From the NCBI GenBank assembly GCA_012729725.1, contig JAAYCO010000207.1, forward strand, positions 1 through 62,081: a stretch of DNA of 62,081 nucleotides, in the 5' to 3' direction. Every line of letters starts with the position of its first letter. Position 1 is the stretch's first letter. The DNA comes from Planctomycetota bacterium (lineage in GTDB: Bacteria > Planctomycetota > Phycisphaerae > SM23-33). Below are positions 29,883 through 40,603 of this stretch, in pieces. The position numbers were made by a program, and so were the translations under genes. The notes under the pieces are model-generated. The model searched no databases and was not told the DNA's origin. It was given only the letters and a program-made list of their open reading frames with translations.

Positions 29883-30266
29883 TTAACGCATCTCCTTGAC
29901 GGACTTCTTGCCCGCGACCGTCTTACGGGGCCCTTTGCGCGTTCGCGCGTTTGTCTTGGTGCGCTGTCCACGCACGGGCAACCCGCGACGGTGACGCGAC
30001 CCTCGGTAGCAGTTGATGTCTTTCAGACGGGCGACGTTCTGCTGAATCTGCCTTCTTAACTGGCCTTCAATAACGTAATCGCCGTCAAGAATCGTCGCGA
30101 CCTTAGAAAGCTGATCTTCCGTCAATTCCTTCGATCGAACCTGAGGTTTAAGGCCTGCCTTTTCACAAATCGCCTCGGCGATTTTCGGACCAACGCCGAA
30201 AATATACTGAAGCGCGACTATCGTCGGCTTATCGCCCGGTATGTCAACACCTGCCACACGCGGCAT
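29883..30266 (-). CDS. rpsM: 30S ribosomal protein S13
   Basis: RVAGVDIP, GLPVRGQRTKTNARTRKG. Confidence 0.99.
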   Translation of the reverse strand: MPRVAGVDIPGDKPTIVALQYIFGVGPKIAEAICEKAGLKPQVRSKELTEDQLSKVATILDGDYVIEGQLRRQIQQNVARLKDINCYRGSRHRRGLPVRGQRTKTNARTRKGPRKTVAGKKSVKEMR

Positions 30267-30286
30267 GCTCTTCTCCTTGCCGGGCC

Positions 30287-30400
30287 TTAACCCTGGCGCT
30301 GCTTATGCTTGGGATTGGTGCAGATGATCCGCACCACGCCTTTGCGGCGAATCACCTTGCAATTCTCGCACATTCTCTTGACTGAACTTCGAACTTTCAC
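30287..30400 (-). CDS. rpmJ: 50S ribosomal protein L36 (not in ORF track)
   Basis: GTG start; [37 protein letters not shown]. Confidence 0.98.
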   Translation of the reverse strand: MKVRSSVKRMCENCKVIRRKGVVRIICTNPKHKQRQG

Positions 30401-30431
30401 TTTCACACCTCGCCAAACGCCGTGCTCGTCG

Positions 30432-31205
30432 TCACTTGGTCAGCACATCAACTCCGTCGGTCGTTATGACCAGCGTGTGCTCAAAGTGCGCCGACGGCAG
30501 GCGGTCTTTGGTAACTACTGTCCAGCCGTCCGGGGCGTATTCCACCGCGGCTCGGCCCATGTTGACCATCGGCTCCACCGCCATGGCCATGCCAGGTTGA
30601 AGCACGATGTCGTGCGCCTCTAGTTCGCGCGACACGAAATTCGGCACCTTCGGGTCTTCCCACATCTCAGAACCGATGCCGTGTCCCACAAAGTCGCGCA
30701 CAACGGAAAATCCTTCGCCTTCGACGTATTGCTGCATCGCGCGAGCGATGTGGCTCCACTTCGCCGACGGCTTGCACATGCCAACCGCCAGGGCGAGAAC
30801 GTTCCTCGTAACCTCCACCAGGCGAATCGTTTTGTCGGCGGGCTTGCCCACGATAAACGTCTGGGCGGCGTCGCCACACCAACCGTTCAGACGCACGCCA
30901 AAGTCAATACTGACTATGTCGCCCTGCCTGATCGCCCGGTCCGAGGGGATGCCGTGAACCAGTTCCTCGTTTATCGAGGCGCAAATGCTGGCGGGAAAAG
31001 CACCCGCCTTGCCTCGCCCCGGCACGCCCTTGAACAGGCACTGCGCCCCGGCTGCAAGACACATTCTCTCGGCTTCGGCATCCAGTTGTTTAGTTGTCAC
31101 ACCCGGGGCAACCATCTCTCCCAGGCGGGTAAGGACCTGCCGAACAATCCGTCCGGCCTTTCGCATCTTCTCTATCTGTTCCGCATTCTTGAGCCTGATG
31201 GACAC
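30432..31205 (-). CDS. map: Methionine aminopeptidase type I
   Basis: HGIP, IDFG..D.A, GHGIG, VEPM, SAHFEHT. Confidence 0.97.
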   Translation of the reverse strand: MSIRLKNAEQIEKMRKAGRIVRQVLTRLGEMVAPGVTTKQLDAEAERMCLAAGAQCLFKGVPGRGKAGAFPASICASINEELVHGIPSDRAIRQGDIVSIDFGVRLNGWCGDAAQTFIVGKPADKTIRLVEVTRNVLALAVGMCKPSAKWSHIARAMQQYVEGEGFSVVRDFVGHGIGSEMWEDPKVPNFVSRELEAHDIVLQPGMAMAVEPMVNMGRAAVEYAPDGWTVVTKDRLPSAHFEHTLVITTDGVDVLTK

Positions 31206-31216
31206 TCATCTTCCTT

Positions 31217-31879
31217 TCAGGCGCCGGCGAGCCGGCTGACCGCCTCGATCAGTGAGGCGGTGACTTCCTCGGGAGCCCTGTTGCCGTCAACCTCGACTAC
31301 ATGCTCACCGTTGCTCTGGCGGTAATAGCCGATCACCGGCTCGGTCTGGCGGTAATACGCCTCGAGCCGCTGCCGCACAACATCTTCCTTGTCGTCGGCC
31401 CGCTGATCCAGCGTTGCCTTGTCGTCGTCGCATACGTTGTTCTCGCGCGGCGGCATAAACTCTGTGTGATAAATCCGCCCGCACTTGGGGCAGCTTCGCC
31501 TGCCGGTGATGCGGCGGACAATCTGCTCGTCATCGGCGGTAATCACAACCACTGCGTCCAGCGGCGTTCGGCTTGCCGCCAACTGCTTGTCCAACGCCTG
31601 CGCCTGGGGCACCGTTCTCGGAAAGCCGTCCAGCAGCAATCCACCGCCGGCAGAGCATTCCCGAATGGCCTTGGCCATGACGTCAACCACAATCTCATCC
31701 GGCACGAGCTTGCCTGCCGACATATACTCGGCCAGCTTTGCTCCCAGCGCCGAACCACCGGCCTTCTCGGCGCGGAAGATGTCGCCGCTGGAAAGGTGAG
31801 CCATCCGGAACTTCTCGGCAAGGCGTTTAGCCTGCGTGCCCTTGCCCGCTCCAGGTGGTCCCATCAGTACTACTCTCAC
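31217..31879 (-). CDS. adk: Adenylate kinase
   Basis: GPPGAGKGTQ, LDGFPRT, Zn-type lid CPKC...CDDD. Confidence 0.98.
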   Translation of the reverse strand: MRVVLMGPPGAGKGTQAKRLAEKFRMAHLSSGDIFRAEKAGGSALGAKLAEYMSAGKLVPDEIVVDVMAKAIRECSAGGGLLLDGFPRTVPQAQALDKQLAASRTPLDAVVVITADDEQIVRRITGRRSCPKCGRIYHTEFMPPRENNVCDDDKATLDQRADDKEDVVRQRLEAYYRQTEPVIGYYRQSNGEHVVEVDGNRAPEEVTASLIEAVSRLAGA

Positions 31880-33423
31880 GCGTAAGCTCCCTTGATCCGG
31901 GCGCTTCCGCCAAGGAAACCGCCGTAGTTCCGCATCACAAGGTTCGACTCGATCCTCTGCACCAGGTCCAGCGCCACCGACACCACGATCAGCAGACCCG
32001 TGCCGCCGAGGTACGCCGAAATGCTCGGACTAATATTCATCGATCTGGCGACCACCATTGGCAGAACCGCTATGATGGCCAGGAACGCCGCGCCACAGTA
32101 CGTGATGCGCTCCATGACGCGCTCCAGATAATCGGCGGTCCGCTTGCCGGGCCGAAGACCCGGAATGAAGCTGCCGTAATCGCGAAGCTGCTCGGCCATC
32201 TCTTTGGGCCTGAACTGAACCGTCGTCCAGAAGTACGCGAAGAAGAAGATCAACGCAACCTCTATAACCGTGTACCAGTAGCTGCCCCAAACGAAGGCCG
32301 ACTCAAGTGCGACGGTTGTGTCGTTCATCCACCTGTTGCGAATCCAGCTGAACAGCAGGCCCGGGAAGATCATAAGGCTGGACGCGAAGATCAGGGGCAT
32401 GACGCCGCCATGATTAACTCGCAACGGCATGTAGTGCCGCTGTCCGCCGAAGACGCGCCGGCCTCGCGTGTGCTTGGCCTGCTGAATCGGAATGCGTCTC
32501 TGAGCCTGCGTGATCAGGATCGCGCCTGCGACAACAAACACAAACGCGCCCATCAGGAACACAATCTGAAGCGGGCCGGTTCCGCCGCCGGTCAGCGACA
32601 TGTCGGCGGTGGCAACCAGTTCCCTGACCGCCCACGGCAGGCGGGCGATAATGCCGGCCATGATAAGCAGGCTTATGCCGTTGCCAATGCCATACTCGTC
32701 GATCTGTTCGCCAAGCCACATGAGGAACATGGTGCCTGCCGTCAAGGCAACAACGCCCATGATCGATATCAGCATAGATCCGTGGTATAGCGGATATATC
32801 ATGTTCTGGGAGTTCATGAACTTCATCCAGAACGCCCCTTGCACGATGCACAATCCAACCGTGGCGTACCGGGTGTACTCCTGGATCTTCTTGTACCCGG
32901 CGGGGCCTTCCTTCTGCAGCCGCTCCAACGCCGGCACTACCGTCCCCAGCAACTGGAAGATAATCGATGCCGAGATGTACGGCATGATGCCCAGCCCGAA
33001 GAGCGTCGATTGCGACAGGTTGCCGCCGGTGAACATGCTGGCCATCTGCATGGCCTGGCCAAGCGTGCCTTCGCTGTGCTGCATGTAGTCGCTTATGGCG
33101 TCCTGGTCGAGGCCTGCCAGCGGAACGTGAAAACCTATGCGGTAGATACCCAGAAGAATCAGCGTGAAGGCGATCTTTTTGAGAAGCTCCGGAATCGAGA
33201 AGATGTTCTCAAGAGATCTTCGAATATTGGAGGCGCTCCAAAGGGCATAGTAATAGATGCCCAGAACGAGTATGCCGCCGACAATACGCGTCGCCGGCGC
33301 AATCGGAACATCGCCGCCTGATTGCACTGCGGACAGTATGTCGGATGCGCCTTGCCCTATCATCCACAGCCCAAGGGCTACAGTGATGATGCCGGCTATT
33401 ATTCTAAATACTCGAAAGGCCAT
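31876..33423 (-). CDS. secY: Preprotein translocase SecY with N-terminal two-helix extension
   Basis: LGIMPYISASII, GIGNGISL, IPGLRPG, GGTGLLIVV; spc operon position. Confidence 0.98.
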   Translation of the reverse strand: MAFRVFRIIAGIITVALGLWMIGQGASDILSAVQSGGDVPIAPATRIVGGILVLGIYYYALWSASNIRRSLENIFSIPELLKKIAFTLILLGIYRIGFHVPLAGLDQDAISDYMQHSEGTLGQAMQMASMFTGGNLSQSTLFGLGIMPYISASIIFQLLGTVVPALERLQKEGPAGYKKIQEYTRYATVGLCIVQGAFWMKFMNSQNMIYPLYHGSMLISIMGVVALTAGTMFLMWLGEQIDEYGIGNGISLLIMAGIIARLPWAVRELVATADMSLTGGGTGPLQIVFLMGAFVFVVAGAILITQAQRRIPIQQAKHTRGRRVFGGQRHYMPLRVNHGGVMPLIFASSLMIFPGLLFSWIRNRWMNDTTVALESAFVWGSYWYTVIEVALIFFFAYFWTTVQFRPKEMAEQLRDYGSFIPGLRPGKRTADYLERVMERITYCGAAFLAIIAVLPMVVARSMNISPSISAYLGGTGLLIVVSVALDLVQRIESNLVMRNYGGFLGGSARIKGAYA

Positions 33424-33452
33424 GAACTAAATCCTCTGTGCAGCTGGATTCG

Positions 33453-33896
33453 CTACGCCTGCTGGGTTGTGCCGCCAGCCTTGGTTATCTTCTCTGAGGC
33501 GGTCGCAGAGAACTTCCCGGCGACCACATGCACTTTCTTCGTCAATTCACCGTTGCCCAGAATCTTGACCAGGCCGGCCTTGTCGCTGATAAGCCCGGCT
33601 TCGAACAGGGCGGCAGCGTCGATCTTGGCGTCAACTTCAAACTTCTCAAGATCGCAGACGTTGACCACCTGATAGGTCTTGCGGAACTGGGCGTTGGAGA
33701 AGCCACGTTTGGGAATTCGGCTGATGATGGGTGTCTGGCCGCCTTCGTATCCGATGCGGTGCTTTGCGCCGCTGCGGCTGTACATACCCTTCGTGCCTCT
33801 TCCGGCGGTCTTGCCCTGACCGGAACCAGTGCCTCTGCCCAGGCGCTTGCGGGCTTTGTACTTTCCCGCCTTGCTGAGAATTTCGTCGAGTTTCAT
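33453..33896 (-). CDS. rplO: 50S ribosomal protein L15
   Basis: RLGRG.GSG.GKTAGRG.KG, EGGQTP. Confidence 0.99.
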   Translation of the reverse strand: MKLDEILSKAGKYKARKRLGRGTGSGQGKTAGRGTKGMYSRSGAKHRIGYEGGQTPIISRIPKRGFSNAQFRKTYQVVNVCDLEKFEVDAKIDAAALFEAGLISDKAGLVKILGNGELTKKVHVVAGKFSATASEKITKAGGTTQQA

Positions 33897-34399
33897 TACA
33901 GGGTAACTCCCCGCAACTCGGCGACAGCTTCCGGCGCGCGGAGTTGCTTCAATGCGGCCATGCCGGCCTTAAGCAGGTTCTTGGGCGTGGTCGAGCCGTA
34001 GGCCTTCGATAGTACGTCGCGAATTCCGGCCAGTTCCAGCAAAGGCCTGATCATCTTGCCTGCGATAACGCCGGTGCCTTCAGAGGCGGGCAGCAGAAGG
34101 ACGCGCGAAGCGCCGCACACACCGCGAGTGTTATGCGGAATGCTGCTGCCTTTGAGCATGATCGAGACCATGTTCTTCTTGGCGTCCGCCACTGCCTTTT
34201 CGACAGCCTGCGGAACCTCGTTCGCCTTTCCGTAGCCGATGCCGACACGCGACTGCCTGTCGCCAACCACCACAAGCGCGCCGAAGCTGAACCGCCGGCC
34301 GCCTTTGACAACCTTGGCGTACCGGTCGATCTTGATCACGCTGTCTTCCAGTCCGCCCTTGTCACGGGGGGACTCGCGATGTTCTTTCGTAAAAGCCAA
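33896..34399 (-). CDS. rpsE: 30S ribosomal protein S5
   Basis: KVVKGGRRFSF, GTGVIAG; TTG start. Confidence 0.98.
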   Translation of the reverse strand: MAFTKEHRESPRDKGGLEDSVIKIDRYAKVVKGGRRFSFGALVVVGDRQSRVGIGYGKANEVPQAVEKAVADAKKNMVSIMLKGSSIPHNTRGVCGASRVLLLPASEGTGVIAGKMIRPLLELAGIRDVLSKAYGSTTPKNLLKAGMAALKQLRAPEAVAELRGVTL

Positions 34400-34417
34400 G
34401 TTACGAGCTCCTGTTAT

Positions 34418-34780
34418 TTAAAACTCGAGGCCGCCTTTTCGAGCCGCATCGGCCAGTTCCTTCACTCGTCCGTGGAAGGGGTAGCCGTTTCGGTCGAACA
34501 CAGCCCTCTTGATTCCAGCCTCTATCGCCTTGCCGGCCAGCGCGGTTCCGACGGCCTGCGCCGCCTTGCAGTTTCCACCGCCGGACATGTTCAGCGAGCC
34601 GTCCTGACTTGATGCGGCCACAAGAGTGCGTCCCGCGGCATCGTCTATCAGTTGGGCGTATATGAACTTCCGGCTGCGAAACACGCTTAATCGCGGGCGC
34701 TGCTCGGTGCCGAAGACATGCTTCCGCACGCGGAGTTTTCGCCTCTGGCGCTGCAACTTCTTTTTCACTGTTACGTTCAT
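34418..34780 (-). CDS. rplR: 50S ribosomal protein L18
   Basis: [19 protein letters not shown]. Confidence 0.98.
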   Translation of the reverse strand: MNVTVKKKLQRQRRKLRVRKHVFGTEQRPRLSVFRSRKFIYAQLIDDAAGRTLVAASSQDGSLNMSGGGNCKAAQAVGTALAGKAIEAGIKRAVFDRNGYPFHGRVKELADAARKGGLEF

Positions 34781-34815
34781 GCTTATCCTGCCTTATTCCC
34801 TCGGTGCAACAACGA

Positions 34816-35391
34816 TTAGGCGCCGCCTGCTCCGGCGAAGGCCTTACCGACCTTGCGACGGACGTATTCGCCGGCGAACCGAATGCCCTTGCCCTTATAA
34901 GGCTCGGGTTTCCTGGTGCGGCGGATGCTCGACGAAAACTCGCCCACTGCCTGCTTGTCGGGGCCCTTGATGGTGAAACGCGCTGGTTCGCTTTCACCGC
35001 GAGCCTGAGGCGTTGTCACTTCAACTGTGATGCCCTCCGGCACGTCGAATACAACCGGATGGCTGAAACCGCAGTTGATCGTGAACTTCTTGCCTTGCAG
35101 CTGCACGCCGAAGCCCACGCCGTAGAGTTCCAGCGATCGGCTATAGCCTTGCGAAACGCCCTCGATCATGTTGGCGATCAGGCTTCTGGTCAGGCCATGC
35201 AGGCTCTTGGCCATCCGTTCGTCGTCCTGACGATCGACGATGACGTTCTGCCCTTCGATCTTCACACTGACTTCGGGTCGGTGCGTCCAGCTGAGCTTGC
35301 CCAGCTTGCCTTCCACGGTGACTGTTCTATCCGCCACGTTGACTTTCACGCCGGCGGCTATCGGAATCGGTTTTTTACCTATACGCGACAT
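34816..35391 (-). CDS. rplF: 50S ribosomal protein L6
   Basis: MSRIGKKP, PEPYKGKGI. Confidence 0.99.
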   Translation of the reverse strand: MSRIGKKPIPIAAGVKVNVADRTVTVEGKLGKLSWTHRPEVSVKIEGQNVIVDRQDDERMAKSLHGLTRSLIANMIEGVSQGYSRSLELYGVGFGVQLQGKKFTINCGFSHPVVFDVPEGITVEVTTPQARGESEPARFTIKGPDKQAVGEFSSSIRRTRKPEPYKGKGIRFAGEYVRRKVGKAFAGAGGA

Positions 35392-35407
35392 TGGCTTTTC
35401 ACTCTCG

Positions 35408-35806
35408 TTAGGAGACGGTGCAAAGAACTTCGCCGCCTATGTTCATTTCGCGGCACTTTCGGTCGCTCAGCACGCCCCGCGATGTAGACACGATTGACAC
35501 GCCCAGGCCGTTGAGCGGTCTGGGAATATCCTCAACGCCGCTGTACACCCGTCTGCCGGGCGTGCTGACGCGCTTGAGTTCGTTGACCACGTCTTCACCC
35601 GCCGAGCCGTACTTGAGGTACACGCGAAGCAGGCCCTGCTTGGCGTCTTCGATACGCTTATAGTCCTGAATATAGCCCTCTTCCTTCAGCACGCTCAGAA
35701 TGCCTTCGCAAACTTTGGATGCCGGGGTGGTGACTATTTCATGCCTGGCTCGCAGCGCGTTGCGGATGCGGGTCAGCATATCGGCTATAGGGTCTGACAA
35801 GCTCAT
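35408..35806 (-). CDS. rpsH: 30S ribosomal protein S8
   Basis: DPIADMLTRIRN, STSRG, GGEV. Confidence 0.99.
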   Translation of the reverse strand: MSLSDPIADMLTRIRNALRARHEIVTTPASKVCEGILSVLKEEGYIQDYKRIEDAKQGLLRVYLKYGSAGEDVVNELKRVSTPGRRVYSGVEDIPRPLNGLGVSIVSTSRGVLSDRKCREMNIGGEVLCTVS

Positions 35807-35819
35807 CTATTGAATTCCT

Positions 35820-36005
35820 TTACCAACTTGCCTTGCGCAGCCCGGGGATAACGCCTTCAAGCGCCAGATTGCGCACGCAAATCCGGCACATCCTGAACTT
35901 GCGGTAAACGGCCCTTGGCCTGCCGCATATCTGGCATCGTCTGGTGACCCTCGTGCTGAACTTCGGGGTTCGCTTGGCCTTGGCGATTTGCGCCTTGGTT
36001 GCCAT
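35820..36005 (-). CDS. rpsN: 30S ribosomal protein S14 (Zn-binding type Z)
   Basis: RCQICGRPR...CRIC, PG.RKASW. Confidence 0.98.
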   Translation of the reverse strand: MATKAQIAKAKRTPKFSTRVTRRCQICGRPRAVYRKFRMCRICVRNLALEGVIPGLRKASW

Positions 36006-36019
36006 ACTCTTGTATCCTT

Positions 36020-36565
36020 TCAGCCTCGCCGGAACGGCATGCCCATAAGGCTTAAAAGTTCTCTAGCTTCTTCGTCCGTCTTTGCGGTCGTTTGCACCGC
36101 GATATTCATGCCCTGCGTAAAGGTGATGCCGGCGGTGTCGATTTCAGGAAACACCGTCTGCTCGGTGAGGCCCATGTTGTAGTTGCCTCTGCCGTCGAAG
36201 CCCGACACGTTCAACCCGCGGAAGTCCTTCACCCTGGGAATCGCCAGCGTGATAAGCCTGTCGAGGAACTCGTACATCCTCTGGCCGCGAAGGGTGACCT
36301 TCAGGCCGACCTTCATGCCCTCGCGCAGCTTGAAGTTGCTGATCGACTTCTTGGCCAGCGTTACGATTGGCCTTTGACCGGCGATCATTGCAAGCTGTTT
36401 CTGGGCGACCTCCAGCTTGGCCTGGTCCTGATGGGCCTGGCCCATGCCCATGGAGATCACGATCTTGCTGAGCTTTGGCACCGCCATCGGATTGCCATAT
36501 CCGAAACGCTGCTTCATGCCCGCGATGACTTCCGTTTTGTATTTGTCTTGAAGGCGCGCGACCAT
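36020..36565 (-). CDS. rplE: 50S ribosomal protein L5
   Basis: [18 protein letters not shown]. Confidence 0.99.
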   Translation of the reverse strand: MVARLQDKYKTEVIAGMKQRFGYGNPMAVPKLSKIVISMGMGQAHQDQAKLEVAQKQLAMIAGQRPIVTLAKKSISNFKLREGMKVGLKVTLRGQRMYEFLDRLITLAIPRVKDFRGLNVSGFDGRGNYNMGLTEQTVFPEIDTAGITFTQGMNIAVQTTAKTDEEARELLSLMGMPFRRG

Positions 36566-36576
36566 GTCTGACTAAC

Positions 36577-36912
36577 CTACTTTACTTTCTTCAGGACGCC
36601 CAGAGACGATCCGCTCTTGCGGGCGATCCGTTCTTTGGAGCCATCTTCGTTAACACGGAAACCAACCCTCGTGGGCTGATTGGTCTTCGGATCCACCGGA
36701 AGCACGTTCGAAATGTGCACCGGCATCTCTTTTTGAATTCTGCCGCCTCGGGGATGCTGCCTTGACGGACGCAGATGCTTATAAACCCGGTTGACGCCCT
36801 GAACCAACACCTTCTGGTTCTCGACATCCACCTTCAGCACCTGGCCGACCTTGCCCTTGTCATCCCCGCACAGCAGGACAACGGTGTCGCCTTTTTTCAC
36901 GTGGGTTGCCAT
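36577..36912 (-). CDS. rplX: 50S ribosomal protein L24
   Basis: KKGD.V...G.DKGK, E.P.HISNV. Confidence 0.98.
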   Translation of the reverse strand: MATHVKKGDTVVLLCGDDKGKVGQVLKVDVENQKVLVQGVNRVYKHLRPSRQHPRGGRIQKEMPVHISNVLPVDPKTNQPTRVGFRVNEDGSKERIARKSGSSLGVLKKVK

Positions 36913-36914
36913 GC

Positions 36915-37301
36915 TTACACCACCTCGCTGGCGAGCGAAACGATTTTCATGAAGTTCTTCTCACGCAATTCCCGGGCGACAGCGCCGAATATTCGGGTGC
37001 CCTTGGGATTGCCCTCTGCATCTATGATGACAACCGCGCTGCGGTCGAACCGGACATAGCTTCCGTCATTTCGCCTGACGGGATACGCTGTCCTGACGAC
37101 CACGCATCTGACGATCTCACCAGGCTTGATGTCTCCACCGGCCATGGCCTTCTTGACCGAACAGATAATCACGTCGCCGATGGATGCGGTGCGGCGGTAG
37201 AAGCCTCCGCTCCTTGACGAACCGCCCAGCACTTTAATGCATCCGACTATGCGTGCGCCCGTGTTGTCGGCGACATCAAGTCTTGTTTCCTGCTGTATCA
37301 C
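36915..37301 (-). CDS. rplN: 50S ribosomal protein L14
   Basis: GTG start; [26 protein letters not shown]. Confidence 0.98.
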   Translation of the reverse strand: MIQQETRLDVADNTGARIVGCIKVLGGSSRSGGFYRRTASIGDVIICSVKKAMAGGDIKPGEIVRCVVVRTAYPVRRNDGSYVRFDRSAVVIIDAEGNPKGTRIFGAVARELREKNFMKIVSLASEVV

Positions 37302-37315
37302 GAAACTATCCTCTG

Positions 37316-37612
37316 TTAGCCGTTTGCGTTCTGGACAGGCTCGTCCGCGCGCCTTACGACGCGTGACAGCCGCCAACTCTTGCTCTTGCTACTCCGCCGG
37401 CAAGGGACGATTTCAACGTTGTCACCTTCCTTGGCGGTGTTCTCGGGGTCATGCACGGCAAGCTTCGTGCGCTGACGGACATACTTGCCGTACGTCGGAT
37501 GCTTGACGAGGAAGTTCACGCTGACCTGGATTGTCTTGTCAGCGCTCTTCGACGTAACCACGCCGGTCCGGCTGCCTGCTATACGATTCGCTTTGGTCTG
37601 AGTCTCTGCCAT
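37316..37612 (-). CDS. rpsQ: 30S ribosomal protein S17
   Basis: GVV.S...DKT, HP.YGK, HD. Confidence 0.97.
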   Translation of the reverse strand: MAETQTKANRIAGSRTGVVTSKSADKTIQVSVNFLVKHPTYGKYVRQRTKLAVHDPENTAKEGDNVEIVPCRRSSKSKSWRLSRVVRRADEPVQNANG

Positions 37613-37616
37613 TCGT

Positions 37617-37820
37617 TTACTTCCCTGCCTTCGCGATCTGGCGTTCCTTGCGGATCGTCAGGATGCGGGCTATGTCCTTGCGAGTCTTGGTCAGCAGCGT
37701 TGGATCCTCAAGTTTCTCGGTGACCGACTGGGCACGCAGGTCGAAACCCGCTTTGTGAAGTCTCTGAAGCTCGACCTCAAGCTCCTCGTCGCTCAACTCA
37801 CGCATATCCTTAATCTTCAT
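37617..37820 (-). CDS. rpmC: 50S ribosomal protein L29
   Basis: RKDIARILT; position. Confidence 0.96.
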   Translation of the reverse strand: MKIKDMRELSDEELEVELQRLHKAGFDLRAQSVTEKLEDPTLLTKTRKDIARILTIRKERQIAKAGK

Positions 37821-37830
37821 GCTGTCCGCC

Positions 37831-38250
37831 TTAGAGCCCGTGCCGTCGGTGAACCATTCTCACCTTGAACGGCATCTTGCTTGCAACTCGTTTAAACGCG
37901 GCCTTCGCCGTCGTCTCGTCCACGCCACCGATTTCAAACAGGATGGTGCCTTCCTTGATTACGGCCACCCATTCCTCAACCTCGCCCTTTCCGGTGCCCA
38001 TTCGGGTTTCCAGCGGCTTCTTGGTTGTCGGTTTGTCCGGGAACACTCGGATGTAGACTCTGCCTTCTCTGTGCAGATAATGCGTTGCGGCAACTCGACC
38101 GGCTTCAATATGCCGGGCGCTGAGCCACCCGCTATCAGCACTTTGAAGCCCGAATTCGCCGAACGACACCGTGTTTCCGCGAGTAGCCTGGCCGCGAATC
38201 CGACCACGCTGCTGCTTACGATGCAATACTCTTTTGGGCATTAAGGCCAT
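37831..38250 (-). CDS. rplP: 50S ribosomal protein L16
   Basis: PKR..HRKQQRG, FPDKP, RMG.GKG. Confidence 0.99.
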   Translation of the reverse strand: MALMPKRVLHRKQQRGRIRGQATRGNTVSFGEFGLQSADSGWLSARHIEAGRVAATHYLHREGRVYIRVFPDKPTTKKPLETRMGTGKGEVEEWVAVIKEGTILFEIGGVDETTAKAAFKRVASKMPFKVRMVHRRHGL

Positions 38251-38301
38251 TATGGCACCTGCTATTTTGCTCTAGATACTGACTACCTGCTTAACAAGTT
38301 C

Positions 38302-39081
38302 CTACTTCGTTTCCGGGGCCGGGGCTTGGGCCGGGGCGCTGGGTGCAGCCTCGCCACCGCCGACGCCGGTAACCCTGCGTTCCCTTCGCCTGCGGGCGCG
38401 GGTCATGGCGGCCGCCGCCGACTGATCGCTCTCAACCGGCGTCTCGCCGAACATCCCGCGGTACAGCCACACCTTGACGCCAATCGTCCCGTACGTCGTG
38501 AACGAGGCGCAGAATCCGTAATCCACGTCAGCTTCCAGCGTATGCAGCGGAATGCTGCCAAGAATCATCATCTCGGTGCGGCTCATTTCGGCGCCGCCGA
38601 GCCGGCCGGATATCTGAATCTTGACTCCCTTTGCGCCAGCCTGCATGGCGGTATCCGCACGCTGCTTCATCGTGCGCCGGAAGCTTGCCCGTCTCTTCAA
38701 CTGCTCAGCGATACCCTCGGCCAGAAGCGCGGCGTCAAGATCCGGATTCTTGATCTCCAGAATGTTGATGCTCACGCGGCGGTTGGTCAGATCCTCAAGA
38801 GCAGCACGAAGCTTGTCAACCTCGGCGCCCTTGGGACCAATCACAAGTCCTGGACGCGCGGTCTTGATGAGCACCTTCACCTCTTCGCGGGTGCGCTCAA
38901 TCTCGACGCCGCCAACAGCGGCATAGGGAGGCTGGCGGTTAAGGCGCTGGTTGATGAACTTGCGGATAGCCACGTCTTCAACCAGGAACTCGCCGTAGTT
39001 GCTCTTCGGGGCGAACCACCTGCTCTTCCAGCCTTTGGTGACGCCTGTTCTGAATCCGGTGGGTGAAACTTTTTGACCCAT
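38302..39081 (-). CDS. rpsC: 30S ribosomal protein S3
   Basis: MGQKV.P.GFR, SGRLGGAEM, PLHTL.AD. Confidence 0.99.
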   Translation of the reverse strand: MGQKVSPTGFRTGVTKGWKSRWFAPKSNYGEFLVEDVAIRKFINQRLNRQPPYAAVGGVEIERTREEVKVLIKTARPGLVIGPKGAEVDKLRAALEDLTNRRVSINILEIKNPDLDAALLAEGIAEQLKRRASFRRTMKQRADTAMQAGAKGVKIQISGRLGGAEMSRTEMMILGSIPLHTLEADVDYGFCASFTTYGTIGVKVWLYRGMFGETPVESDQSAAAAMTRARRRRERRVTGVGGGEAAPSAPAQAPAPETK

Positions 39082-39104
39082 AATCTTCTCTTGCCTATGC
39101 GCTT

Positions 39105-39434
39105 CTAGTCGTGATCCACTACGACGACAATGTGGCTGGTTCGCTTCAGGATTGGATGGGCCCTTCCGCGATCCTTCTGCTGGATGCGCTTCATGACCGG
39201 TCCTTCATCCACGCGAGCCTCTTTCACCACCAGTTCCTCAACATCGGCCTCCGCCTCGTTAGCGCTGGCGATGGCGCTGGTCAGGACTTTCGAGACCATG
39301 CCGGCCGCACGGTGGGGCGAAAACTTCAACATGTCCAAAGCAGCTTGGACATCTTCGCCGCGAATCATGTCTGTGACCAGACGCACCTTTCGGGCGCTGA
39401 TCCTTGCGTACCTATGTTTGGCTTGCCAGGGCAT
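39105..39434 (-). CDS. rplV: 50S ribosomal protein L22
   Basis: RISARKVRLV, VDEGP, KRTSHI. Confidence 0.98.
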   Translation of the reverse strand: MPWQAKHRYARISARKVRLVTDMIRGEDVQAALDMLKFSPHRAAGMVSKVLTSAIASANEAEADVEELVVKEARVDEGPVMKRIQQKDRGRAHPILKRTSHIVVVVDHD

Positions 39435-39450
39435 CGAACCGCTCCAGTAG

Positions 39451-39723
39451 TTATGCGCCCTTCTTGGCGCCGGTGTGTCCGCGGAACATGCGGGTCGGGC
39501 TGAACTCGCCGAGCTTGTGCCCAACCATGTCCTCGGTCACGAATACCTTGTGAAACATCTTTCCGTTATGAACCATGAACGTCTGCCCGATGAACTCCGG
39601 CACAATCGTGCACGATCTGGCCCACGTTTTGATCGGCTCGCGTGAGCCTGATTCGGTGGCCTTCTGCACCTTGCGGTAGAGCTTCTCGTCTACGAACGGG
39701 CCTTTTTTTGAACTTCTGGTCAT
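39451..39723 (-). CDS. rpsS: 30S ribosomal protein S19
   Basis: [20 protein letters not shown]. Confidence 0.99.
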   Translation of the reverse strand: MTRSSKKGPFVDEKLYRKVQKATESGSREPIKTWARSCTIVPEFIGQTFMVHNGKMFHKVFVTEDMVGHKLGEFSPTRMFRGHTGAKKGA

Positions 39724-39739
39724 GCCGATTCCTCAATTC

Positions 39740-40591
39740 CTACAGTACAAGCTGACCGGTGCGAACGTTTCTACGCCGCCTCAGAATGAGCTTGTTCGAC
39801 GTCTTGCGACGTTTGCGTGTTTTTCCGCCCTTGGCCAGCTTGCCGGTCGGCGAAACGGGGTGCCTACCGCCTGCTCGCCTGCCTTCGCCGCCGCCCATCG
39901 GGTGGGCGATCGGGTTCATCGCCGAGCCTCGCACCCTCGGACGCCGTCCAAGGTGGCGAATGCGTCCGGCCTTGCCCCAGCGAACGCTGTTGTGCTCGAT
40001 ATTGCCCAACTGTCCGATGGTCGCCCGGCACTGTGCGCTGACCATGCGCATTTCACCGCTTGGCAGCACGACCTGGGCCCACTGCGAGTCGCGGGCAACC
40101 AACCTGGCGGCGCCACCCGCCGAGCGAACCAGCTTGCCGCCCTGCCCGGCGCGCATCTCGATGTTGTGGATCTCAAGGCCAACCGGAATCTTGTGCAACG
40201 GAAGGCAGTTGCCCAGCCTGGGCTCCGCCGTCGGGCCGGAAAAGACCTTTTGCCCAACTTTGAGACCCTTTGGGGACAGGATGTATCGCTTCTGGCCATC
40301 TTCGTATTCCACCAGGGCGATATTGCAGGAGCGGTTCGGATCGTATTCGATCGTCTTGATCTCCGCAGCCATGCTGTCCATGTTCCGCTTGAAATCGATC
40401 AGGCGGTACATCCGCTTATTTCCGCCGCCGCGATGCCTTGTGGTTATAACACCGGCATGATTCCGCCCGCCGCGCTTGCGTATTGGAACAAGCAGCGACT
40501 TCTCCGGCGTCGTGGCGGTGACTTCTTCCCGCACGTTGACCGAGCTGTTCCTTCGACCGGCGGACGTTGGTTTGTATATCTTTATAGCCAT
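39740..40591 (-). CDS. rplB: 50S ribosomal protein L2
   Basis: [23 protein letters not shown]. Confidence 0.99.
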   Translation of the reverse strand: MAIKIYKPTSAGRRNSSVNVREEVTATTPEKSLLVPIRKRGGRNHAGVITTRHRGGGNKRMYRLIDFKRNMDSMAAEIKTIEYDPNRSCNIALVEYEDGQKRYILSPKGLKVGQKVFSGPTAEPRLGNCLPLHKIPVGLEIHNIEMRAGQGGKLVRSAGGAARLVARDSQWAQVVLPSGEMRMVSAQCRATIGQLGNIEHNSVRWGKAGRIRHLGRRPRVRGSAMNPIAHPMGGGEGRRAGGRHPVSPTGKLAKGGKTRKRRKTSNKLILRRRRNVRTGQLVL

Positions 40592-40603
40592 TGCTCTGCC
40601 TTA

